A stretch of 64,000 nucleotides of DNA from Candidatus Hydrogenedentota bacterium. GTDB lineage: Bacteria > Hydrogenedentota > Hydrogenedentia > Hydrogenedentales > SLHB01. A model generated the notes under the pieces. It saw only the letters and a program-made list of their open reading frames with translations. It made no database searches and had not been told where the DNA came from. Each line of letters begins with the position of its first letter. The stretch's first letter is position 1. The position numbers and the translations under genes were made by a program. Shown piece after piece: positions 10,401-19,059 of this stretch. The stretch is from positions 128,001 through 192,000 of the forward strand of contig BTVY01000003.1 in assembly GCA_045863335.1 (NCBI GenBank), read 5' to 3'.

Positions 10401-10661
10401 TCATCGCTTTTTGGACTTCTTGCGCGCCGTTTCGTGGAACCGTTTGGCGCGCAGGTGGAGTACCGCGTTCACGACCCAAGCGACGATTCCCGCAATGAAT
10501 CCGGCGAGTATGACGCCCATGCCCACCGGGATGGGTGGGGCCTGGTCTTCGTTCACAATCTGAAACGCGAAATACACGGAAGGTATCAACGCAACCGCGA
10601 ACACGATGAACCAAAACAACCAGCCGACACTGTCCAGGGGTTTACGCTCTTGCTTTGCCAT
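10401..10661 (-). CDS. Small two-TM membrane protein
   Basis: 86 aa with two hydrophobic helices and a basic tail; operonic spacing. Confidence 0.65.
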   Translation of the reverse strand: MAKQERKPLDSVGWLFWFIVFAVALIPSVYFAFQIVNEDQAPPIPVGMGVILAGFIAGIVAWVVNAVLHLRAKRFHETARKKSKKR

Positions 10662-10668
10662 ATATCTT

Positions 10669-11946
10669 CTACGAGTGATTCCGCGGGATCACGATGCGAA
10701 ACAGCGCGCCGCCTTCCTTGGATTGTCCCACGGTTATGTTTCCATGATGTTCTGCGATGATTTTCTGACAAACAGCCAATCCAAGTCCAGTTCCCTGTGA
10801 TCCCTTCGTCGAAAAGAACGGATCGAAGATTCGCTTGCGATCGCGCTCGGGAATCCCCGGCCCGTTGTCGCCCACCTCGATCACCAGCGTATCCGTTTCG
10901 GCGATTCGCGCGGCAATCCGAATGAACCCGCCCTCCTTGGGCATCGCTTCGGCGGCATTGAGGACGAGGTTGAGAAGACAGCGATACAATCCACGCGCGT
11001 CCACCTCGAATGGTCCGGCGAGTTCGGTCACGACCACATCTAGTTCGACCTTCTTCCTCGACAGCATTGCCCAGAACGTCTGCGAAACATCCTCGATAAG
11101 CGCCTGGATATCGGCGGGTTCCCGTTTCGGCACGCGCGGCTTGCTGAAGGCGAGCATGTCCTCCACAAAATTGGCGATCCGCCTCGTACTCCGCTTCAGA
11201 ATGGGCCAACTTCGTTCCAAAAACTCCGTATTGTTTCGTTCCAGTCCCTGATCGATCAGGTCCACGCTGCCGCTCATCCCGGTGATGATGTTCTTTGTGT
11301 AATGGGCGAGCCCCGCTACGGCCTGTCCTAAAGCCGCGAGGCGTTCGGCCTGGAGGTTCTCTTCAATGAGGCGCGCGTTGGCAATGGATGTGGCGACGAG
11401 CCCCCCGAAGATCTCCATGACATGGAGGTCGGTGTCGGTGAAGTGCGGCCCGCCCACTTTGTTGACCACTTCAATGACGCCGATGAGTTCATCCCGATCC
11501 AGGAGCGGCACGGCCAGGATCGATCGCGTCTCAAAACGGCTGGTCTCGTCCGCAAAACGGAAAAACCGGGGATCTTTTCGCACGTCGTGTACGTTAACCG
11601 ATTGCCGCTCCCCGGCAGCCACGCCCGCGATTCCTTCGCCTTTGGCCAGCCGGATTTCGCGTTTCAGTGCTTCCTGGTCACCCGATTCGCCCAAGGCGAC
11701 TTCAAAGTACAATTCCTCCGTCGACGGGTCGTACAACATGAGCGAACAGGCTTCGGCCTTGGCCACCTGTTTGCTCTCTTCCATGATGCGGGCGAGCAGG
11801 GTGTTGAGGTCGGTAATCAGGGAAATAAAGCGATGAACCCGGTAGAGCACGTCAACGATACGGCGAAGCTCTTCCGGGGAGACGTTGTCGAGCCAGGCGG
11901 CGTTTTCTGGTAGGTTGGCACTCACGTCAGTTTGGCGCCCGCTCAT
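10669..11946 (-). CDS. Cytoplasmic GAF-domain sensor histidine kinase
   Basis: GAF region (GEGIAG, ETRSILAVPL, IGVIEVVNK); H-box LAHYTKN; N-box NLVLNA; DNGPGI, FFSTK and GTGLGL motifs. Confidence 0.9.
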   Translation of the reverse strand: MSGRQTDVSANLPENAAWLDNVSPEELRRIVDVLYRVHRFISLITDLNTLLARIMEESKQVAKAEACSLMLYDPSTEELYFEVALGESGDQEALKREIRLAKGEGIAGVAAGERQSVNVHDVRKDPRFFRFADETSRFETRSILAVPLLDRDELIGVIEVVNKVGGPHFTDTDLHVMEIFGGLVATSIANARLIEENLQAERLAALGQAVAGLAHYTKNIITGMSGSVDLIDQGLERNNTEFLERSWPILKRSTRRIANFVEDMLAFSKPRVPKREPADIQALIEDVSQTFWAMLSRKKVELDVVVTELAGPFEVDARGLYRCLLNLVLNAAEAMPKEGGFIRIAARIAETDTLVIEVGDNGPGIPERDRKRIFDPFFSTKGSQGTGLGLAVCQKIIAEHHGNITVGQSKEGGALFRIVIPRNHS

Positions 11947-12964
11947 TAAGGACAAGATCCAAGTCCGGCAAGGCATGATAGAGCACGTCGCCAACCACCT
12001 GCAAACTGTCCGCGCTCACGTGTTCGATGGTGTCATTGGGCGTGTGCCACAGATTGCTATGGTCAAGACGGGAGCCCCCGTACTCAAAGTCGATGAGGTT
12101 GATGGCCGCGATACCCGCCAGCCGGAACGGCATGTGATCGTCCTGAATGACCGAGGACTGGGCCAGAAAGTGGCCGGAGTACCCGAGCCCGGCCGCGGTC
12201 GACCAGATAAGGTTGCTCAGCCAGGCCGGCGCGCCAGAATCCCGAATAATGCCCAGGTACTTGTCGCCGATCATGTCCACGTTAATCATGGCTTCGACGG
12301 AATTGAGCTTCCCTTGCGTTCTCAAATCGCGGACGAACTGCCGGCTCCCGTACAGGCTGTCGGACTCCGTCCACTCCTGAAACGCCTCTTCGCCATCGAA
12401 CCACACCAGCCAGACACTGCGCCCCTCGCGGCGGGGACCCAACGCGCGCGCCATTTCGATCATCCAGGCCGTCGTGGAACCGCCGTCGTTCGCGCCGACG
12501 AACCGGAATTCGGGAAAATACTTGGTGTCGTAATGGTTCCCGAGAATGATGATGCCGTCCTCGGTGCCTTCCACGTATCCCACCACATTGACCATTTTCT
12601 TGGGACCGAGCGGTGTTTTCGCGTCAAAGGGATATTCTTTGGACGGCACGCCGCAGGCTTCCAGTTCCGCGTGGATGAGCGCGCGCAATTGCGCGGCCTC
12701 GGGAGAACCGGGTGGACGCGGTCCCAGCGCGCAGATGCGCTCCAGATCGGCAAAGGCTCGCTGCCCATCAAAAGACGACCGCGCCCGTACCGCGTTCGGG
12801 ACTTGCGAATCGTCCCGAACCGCAAGTTGCCGCATCCCCGCATTGAACAGCAACAGCAGCGCGAATACACCAACTCCACCAGCCACGATGACCTTGAGCG
12901 CGGTCTTTCCCTGGTTTGCTCGCTGCCGTTTGATTGGTGCGTTTGCTCTCTTCGCTTCTTTCAT
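11927..12964 (-). CDS. M28 family peptidase / glutaminyl cyclase-like, membrane anchored
   Basis: GNHYDTK, GANDGGS, FDGEE, DMIGD, DDHMPF and WHT motifs. Confidence 0.88.
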   Translation of the reverse strand: MKEAKRANAPIKRQRANQGKTALKVIVAGGVGVFALLLLFNAGMRQLAVRDDSQVPNAVRARSSFDGQRAFADLERICALGPRPPGSPEAAQLRALIHAELEACGVPSKEYPFDAKTPLGPKKMVNVVGYVEGTEDGIIILGNHYDTKYFPEFRFVGANDGGSTTAWMIEMARALGPRREGRSVWLVWFDGEEAFQEWTESDSLYGSRQFVRDLRTQGKLNSVEAMINVDMIGDKYLGIIRDSGAPAWLSNLIWSTAAGLGYSGHFLAQSSVIQDDHMPFRLAGIAAINLIDFEYGGSRLDHSNLWHTPNDTIEHVSADSLQVVGDVLYHALPDLDLVLNERAPN

Positions 12965-13012
12965 GCCGGCATTATGCGCGTCTGAGACTGCAAGGACAAC
13001 TGTCTGACCGGG

Positions 13013-13738
13013 TTAGCCAGGGATACTCGACGCGAGTGAACAGTGCCGGATAAACGCGAGAAGAAGCCAGTTCGGTTGCGAGGGATCGCGTTCCGGATGC
13101 CATTGCACTCCAATGACGAATTCGCGATCGGTACGCTCCATGGCTTCGATGATTCCGTCGTCGCTTACGGCTGCAAGCCGGAATCCAGAGGGTACTTCAC
13201 GAATAGCTTGATGGTGCGAAGACGTGATCGTGATGCGTTCCGATGGCGCCAACGCCGCCAGCCTGGTCTCCCGCTGGATTGCCACCTCGTGGCGAAGCAT
13301 TCGGGACTCGTCTCCGTGGGTCCCGCTCCCCGGCCGTTGATCGGGAATGTCCTGAATCATGCCGCCCCCGGCGACGACATTCATGACTTGCATCCCCAGA
13401 CAGATCCCCAGAATCGGCTTCTCAAGGGCCATGGCCCCTTCGAGCCAACGCGTCTCGCTTTCCCACCGCTCCATGGGGAGTGGGACCGACGCCGGATGCT
13501 GGGGTTCCCCGAGAAGGTGCGCGGGAATATCGTCATTGCCTCCGGAAAGGATGATCCCGTCCAGGCGATCGAGTATCGGCTCCACGATGCCGGGCTCCGC
13601 GGTCGGAAGAATAATGGGCAGACCCCCTGCATGGATAACGCCGGTGCAATAACTGGAGAGAAGATGGTTTGCGTTCCACGGAACCCCCTGCAGTACGCCG
13701 GGCAGAAATTCGCTGGTGACTCCGATAAGTGGTTTCAT
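13013..13738 (-). CDS. Gamma-glutamyl-gamma-aminobutyrate hydrolase family (peptidase C26, class I glutamine amidotransferase fold)
   Basis: KPLIGVT, LSGGND, GICLGMQ, HHQA and GVQWHPE motifs. Confidence 0.9.
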   Translation of the reverse strand: MKPLIGVTSEFLPGVLQGVPWNANHLLSSYCTGVIHAGGLPIILPTAEPGIVEPILDRLDGIILSGGNDDIPAHLLGEPQHPASVPLPMERWESETRWLEGAMALEKPILGICLGMQVMNVVAGGGMIQDIPDQRPGSGTHGDESRMLRHEVAIQRETRLAALAPSERITITSSHHQAIREVPSGFRLAAVSDDGIIEAMERTDREFVIGVQWHPERDPSQPNWLLLAFIRHCSLASSIPG

Positions 13739-14129
13739 TTCAGAGGTATCTCCTGGGGGTAACATCCAATTCAAGGGTATCGATACTGAGTGATCGCTGG
13801 CCTGCTCAAATCGTCGGCGCGTCTTGTTAAGCTATTCATAATAAAGTGCTTACATTGGAAACGCATCCCCGCATCGCATCGGCCTGGGCTGAAGTCGCCG
13901 GGAGTATACCACGAGGGAGGATGAAGAACCTCACCCCCGGAGAGGATTCAGAAAGAATTTGTATACAGTTGCGAAACCTGCGGCGGGGCGGAGCAGTCTA
14001 AATCCGTGAATTGAAGTACGTCACGTCGGCGCGCACTACTTTAGTAGATCGAAGAAATTTTCGTAATCGCTACAGTCCGGATCGCATGGCGTGAATTGTA
14101 AGTAGCTTGTTTACAGCGTTTTGGAGGCT

Positions 14130-15359
14130 ATGATGCAAAGGGTCATTCTTGGGTCGGTTCTCGTGCTCCTCGTCACAGTCCTGACGGGTTGTCCGGATTC
14201 GGAGAAGAAGGAAGCCAGTGCGGCGGCGACCCCACCGGCCGCCGAGAAGCGCACGTCCATTCCGGTTGAGGCCCAGCTGCCCACCCGTGGTCCCGTTTCG
14301 GAGTACTTCGAGACCGATTCCCGCGTCGAGGCGGAACGCAAGGTGACCGCCACCTCCGAAGGCATGGGGAAATGTGTTCGCGTCTTTGTGGACGAGGGCG
14401 ATCGGGTCAGTTCCGGTGACGTGCTTGCGGAGTTGGACAAGGAAGAGTTGAATGCCCAACTTCGGTCTGCCAACGCCCAGCTGCAGAAACTGAAAAGCGA
14501 CTACGATCGCTCGAAGCAGCTCTACGAAGAGGGCTTGGCGGCCAAGGCCGAGTACGATAACGCCCGGTACAGCTACGAGCAGCAGCTTGCCTCGGTCAAC
14601 CAGCAACAAGTCCAACTGGATAACATGACGATCCGCGCTCCCATCAGCGGCGTCGTCACGATCCGGCACATCCAGCAGGGTGATTTGGTGTCTTCCGGCG
14701 CGCCTGCCTTCGATATCGTGGACACCAATTCCTACATCCTCACCATCAATCCCCCGGAGCAGTTGCTTCCGCGCGTCGAGAAAGGGCAGAAGGCCCTCGT
14801 TAGTATCGACGCCGTAAAAGGAGATCCTTTTGAAGCCACCGTTCGCCGGATCAACCCGGCGGTCGATCCTGCCACGGGGACAGTGAAAGTGACGCTCGAT
14901 TTTCGCAAGGACATTATGAGTCAGCTTCGCGAGGCTGCTTTTGCGCGTGTCCGCTTGGTCATGGATACGCGGGAGAATGCGCTGCTGGTTCCGAAAGACG
15001 CGGTCATCGAGGAAAACGCGCGCAAATATCTCTTCATTGTTGGACCCGAAGAGCAGGTGTCTCCGGAAGGGACCGAGGCATCCGATGCCGCTGCAGATAC
15101 GATGATTGCAACCCGCGTCGAAGTGAAAACTGGACTCGAAGACAACGCGAAGATTGAGATCCTTGAGGGAATCGACGAGAACTCCCCGATTGTCACGGTG
15201 GGTCAGCAGACCTTGAAGTCCGGTTCGGAAGTGAAATTGACCACGACCCAGGAAGAACTGCTGGCGAAGGCGGGCCTGAGTGCGGAAGAGGCCCTGGCCG
15301 CGGCAGAAGCGGAACGTGCGCGCGGCGCGAAGAACGTCGATCGTCGAACCGGCTTGTAG
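14130..15359 (+). CDS. RND efflux periplasmic adaptor (membrane fusion protein), lipoprotein
   Basis: GGAGG RBS; LTGC lipobox; VDEGDRV, IRAPISGVV, INPAVDPATGT and LLVPKDAV motifs. Confidence 0.92.
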   Translation: MMQRVILGSVLVLLVTVLTGCPDSEKKEASAAATPPAAEKRTSIPVEAQLPTRGPVSEYFETDSRVEAERKVTATSEGMGKCVRVFVDEGDRVSSGDVLAELDKEELNAQLRSANAQLQKLKSDYDRSKQLYEEGLAAKAEYDNARYSYEQQLASVNQQQVQLDNMTIRAPISGVVTIRHIQQGDLVSSGAPAFDIVDTNSYILTINPPEQLLPRVEKGQKALVSIDAVKGDPFEATVRRINPAVDPATGTVKVTLDFRKDIMSQLREAAFARVRLVMDTRENALLVPKDAVIEENARKYLFIVGPEEQVSPEGTEASDAAADTMIATRVEVKTGLEDNAKIEILEGIDENSPIVTVGQQTLKSGSEVKLTTTQEELLAKAGLSAEEALAAAEAERARGAKNVDRRTGL

Positions 15360-15423
15360 TACGAGGACGCGGCGTGCGGCGTCATGGATGATGTGGTGTT
15401 GACCTACTGCGGATTGAATTTCT

Positions 15424-18400
15424 ATGTCTGATCCCCTTTCTGAACCTTCCGAGAAACACTTTAGTTTGCCTGTCCGGCGGCCCGTCACGATGGCGATGCT
15501 GTTTCTCACCATCGTCGTGTTCGGGTGGAAGTCCTACCAGGAACTTCCCATCAATCTGATGCCGGACATTTCCTATCCCACGCTTACGGTGCGCACCGAA
15601 TACGAAGGCGCCGCCCCGGAAGACGTGGAGAAACTCGTCACGCGCCCGCTTGAAGAACAACTGAGCATCGTGAGCGGGCTCGTCGAACTCACCAGCACCT
15701 CCTCAGCGGGACTTTCCGAAATCGTGATGGAGTTCACGTGGGGCACGGACATGAATCTGGCCCAGCAGGATGTTCGCGACCGGCTCGACCTCTTCGATCC
15801 CCCCCGTGAGGTGACGGAAAAACCCGTAATCCTCCGCTACGACCCAACCTTAGACCCGGTAATGCGCGTTGCCGTCACTGGCGAGGACCTGTCCCATATT
15901 GCGGATCCCGCGGAACGGGAAGCCCGCAGCCGCGAACAGCTCACGGCCATTCGCGAGGCCGCCGAACGCTACGTGAAGAGCGACCTTGAAGCCGAAATCG
16001 GAATCGCCCAGGTGCTCGTGAAAGGCGGCCGGGAAATCGAAGTCGAGGTCATGGTCGACGCCGCCATCGTGAAGAATATCGGCCTCTCAGTCGAAGGCGT
16101 CGTCCAGGCCCTCGCGCAACAGAATATTAATCTCTCGGGCGGTATTCTGCGGGAAGGCAAGACTGAATACCTCGTTCGTACCAAGAACGAGTGGCAGGAC
16201 GTGAACGAAATCCCGGACTCCGTAATTGGCAGCACCAGCACCGGCCAGCCCGTCCGGTTGTCCGATGTCGCGACCGTGCGTATTGGAGAAAAGGACCGCG
16301 AATCCATCGTCCGCATCAACGGCAGTGAAGCCGTCGAACTGGACATCTTCAAATGGGGCGACGCCAATACGGTGCGCACCTGCAACACGGTGAAGGATCT
16401 CCTCGGCTTCGCGCGCGAGAAGAATAGCCTGGAACGTTTGCGCGACTACATGAACGAGGCATCCCAGCCGCCGCCCGACGCGGACCTGCCATCGGTCATC
16501 GTCATGCAGCAACTCGCGAAGGAAATGGAAAAGTCGCGTACCCTGCGCAACAAGCTTCCGGACTACGCCCAATTCCACATCGTGAGCGACCAGTCGCGGT
16601 TCATTTCGTCGGCAATTAAAGAGGTCCAGTCGGCGGCGGTGAACGGCGGGTTCCTCGCGATTATCGTGCTCTACTTCTTCCTGCGGAAGTTGAAGCCTAC
16701 GATCATTATGGGGGTCGCGATTCCCATCTCGATCGTCGCTACCTTCATCCCGATGTTCATGCAGGATCTCACACTCAACATCATGTCTCTTGGCGGACTC
16801 GCCATGGGTGTTGGCATGTTGGTGGACAACTCCATCGTCGTTATGGAGAGCATCTCGCGATGCATGGAAGAAGGGGACGATACCTCGGCCTCGGCCAATC
16901 GCGGCCGGCAGGAGGTCTTTGGCGCGCTCATCGCCTCGACACTGACGTCAATTGCCGTTTTCATGCCCCTCGCCTTTGTGCAAGGCGTGGCGGGCCAACT
17001 CTTTCGCGACCACGCGCTCACAGTAACGTACTCGCTGCTTGCCTCGTTGCTCGTGGCGCTGTATCTCGTGCCTATGATCGCGTCCCGCACGAAGCTCGCC
17101 CTCATCGCTTCAGGCGACGTGGTATGGATCCTGAAAGCTTATCACCAGTCACGCCAGGAAGACGGGAAAGGCCGGCTCGCGTCAGCCCTGGCGATCCCCC
17201 TCAACGCGGCGCTGGCTTCCGCACAATGGCTGATCGATCAGGCAACCGTGAACTACGGCCCGGCCCTTGCCCGGTTGCGCTCCGCCCTATCCGGCGGCGA
17301 AGGACCAGCGTTGCTCGGACCCCTGCGTAGAGTCTGGAATCTCGTCATTGGCGCGGTCCTGATCGTCCTCGTCACCTTGTTGTTCAGTATTCAATGCGCG
17401 CTGCAAGTATTCCTGCAGTTTCTTATCACGCTGCTGTTTTTTGTCAGCATCTTGTTCGGCGCGCTCTTCGGGCTCGTGGCTGGACTATTGCACGTCATCC
17501 TCTGGATTCCCTTGTATCTCTTCGACCTCCTGTTTGAAACCTTTCGGAGTAGCTACGCCGTGTGGCTCCGGTACGCCCTGCGGTGGAGCCCGGCAATTCT
17601 CCTTCTGGTCGCGTTACTCGCCGTCCACAGCGCGACCCTGGTGCCCACACTCGGCAGGGAGTTGATCCCGGCCATGAATCAAGGGGAATTCGGCGTTCGC
17701 CTCGAAGAGCCGCCCGGAACCCGGCTGGAAGAAACCGAACGCCGCTCTCTGGATATCGAACGCCTGGCGCTCGCCATGCCCGAAATAGGCAATGTTGCCG
17801 TCGAAATTGGCCAGGAGTCGGAGAAAGCGAACTCCGAACGCGGCGAGAACGTCGCAGAGTTTTCAATTTCCCTCAAGAATCCGAAGGAAGACGTCATCCA
17901 TCAAGACGCAATCATGAACCGGTTGCGCGACGCCATCGCCGGCGTTAGCAGCGGCGAGGTTACGTTCTCGCTGCCGAGTCTCTTCAGTTTCAAAACGGCA
18001 ATTGAACTGCAGATCCGCGGTGACCAGTACGACGAGTTGGAACGAATCGGAAAGCGCGTCGTGGACGCCATCGACTCCGTGCCCGGTGTGAAAGACCCCG
18101 AACTGAACATGAAGGAAGGGTCTCCGGAGATCATCATCGAACTGGATCGCGATCTGCTGGCCGCCAAAGGCATCGCGCCGGAAACGGTGGCGCAGCGCCT
18201 GCGCACTGAGGTCCAGGGCGATCTCCCCACCGAACTCAACCGGCAAGGCGAAAAAGTCGACATCCGCGTTCGCACCGATCGAAAGATGCTTAGCAGCGTC
18301 GACGACTTGCGGCGCCTTTCCGTCACGGACGGGTATCCGCCCATTCCTTTGGATTCGGTCGCTCGCATCAGCGTCCAGGAAGGTCCTAACGAAATCCGTC

Positions 18401-19059
18401 GAATTGACCAACGGCAAGTGGCGCTTGTAACCGCAAACGTTACCGGCCGCGACCTTGGTGCAGTCATGGACGATGTGCTCGTGGCAGTCTCGGATGTTGA
18501 CGTGCCGCGCGGATACGAGATTAGCCCGAGCGGCCAGGATCGGGAATTGCGCACGGCCTATTCAAGCCTGCAGTTCGCGCTCATCCTCGCCATTTTCCTC
18601 GTATACGTGGTGATGGCCTGTCAGTTTGAATCGATCTTACACCCCGCGCTCGTCATGACAACCGTGCCGCTTGCGACCATCGGCGTGATCTACACCCTGG
18701 CCGCCATGGAAGTCAGCATCAGTATTCTCGTGTACATCGGCGTTATCGTGCTCGCCGGTATCGTCGTGAATAACGCCATCGTACTGGTCGATTACATCAA
18801 TCAACTCATCGATCGCGGCATGACCAAGACGGATGCAGTCGTGGAAGCGGGTCGCGTCCGGCTTCGTCCGATTTTGATGACGACGCTCACGACCATTCTC
18901 GGCCTTTGGCCCATGGCCGTCGCCACGGGGGAAGGCGACGAAATTCGCCGTCCCATGGCGCTTACGATCATGGCGGGTCTGGCTTCGTCTACGCTGCTCA
19001 CCCTCGTCGTGATCCCGATGGTCTACCACCTCTTCGGCGGGCGGGACAAGAAAGCATGA
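15424..19059 (+). CDS. RND efflux permease (AcrB/AcrD/AcrF family), subunit 1
   Basis: RRPV, GMLVDNSIVV, GIVVNNAIVLVD and RLRPILMT motifs. Confidence 0.95.
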   Translation: MSDPLSEPSEKHFSLPVRRPVTMAMLFLTIVVFGWKSYQELPINLMPDISYPTLTVRTEYEGAAPEDVEKLVTRPLEEQLSIVSGLVELTSTSSAGLSEIVMEFTWGTDMNLAQQDVRDRLDLFDPPREVTEKPVILRYDPTLDPVMRVAVTGEDLSHIADPAEREARSREQLTAIREAAERYVKSDLEAEIGIAQVLVKGGREIEVEVMVDAAIVKNIGLSVEGVVQALAQQNINLSGGILREGKTEYLVRTKNEWQDVNEIPDSVIGSTSTGQPVRLSDVATVRIGEKDRESIVRINGSEAVELDIFKWGDANTVRTCNTVKDLLGFAREKNSLERLRDYMNEASQPPPDADLPSVIVMQQLAKEMEKSRTLRNKLPDYAQFHIVSDQSRFISSAIKEVQSAAVNGGFLAIIVLYFFLRKLKPTIIMGVAIPISIVATFIPMFMQDLTLNIMSLGGLAMGVGMLVDNSIVVMESISRCMEEGDDTSASANRGRQEVFGALIASTLTSIAVFMPLAFVQGVAGQLFRDHALTVTYSLLASLLVALYLVPMIASRTKLALIASGDVVWILKAYHQSRQEDGKGRLASALAIPLNAALASAQWLIDQATVNYGPALARLRSALSGGEGPALLGPLRRVWNLVIGAVLIVLVTLLFSIQCALQVFLQFLITLLFFVSILFGALFGLVAGLLHVILWIPLYLFDLLFETFRSSYAVWLRYALRWSPAILLLVALLAVHSATLVPTLGRELIPAMNQGEFGVRLEEPPGTRLEETERRSLDIERLALAMPEIGNVAVEIGQESEKANSERGENVAEFSISLKNPKEDVIHQDAIMNRLRDAIAGVSSGEVTFSLPSLFSFKTAIELQIRGDQYDELERIGKRVVDAIDSVPGVKDPELNMKEGSPEIIIELDRDLLAAKGIAPETVAQRLRTEVQGDLPTELNRQGEKVDIRVRTDRKMLSSVDDLRRLSVTDGYPPIPLDSVARISVQEGPNEIRRIDQRQVALVTANVTGRDLGAVMDDVLVAVSDVDVPRGYEISPSGQDRELRTAYSSLQFALILAIFLVYVVMACQFESILHPALVMTTVPLATIGVIYTLAAMEVSISILVYIGVIVLAGIVVNNAIVLVDYINQLIDRGMTKTDAVVEAGRVRLRPILMTTLTTILGLWPMAVATGEGDEIRRPMALTIMAGLASSTLLTLVVIPMVYHLFGGRDKKA

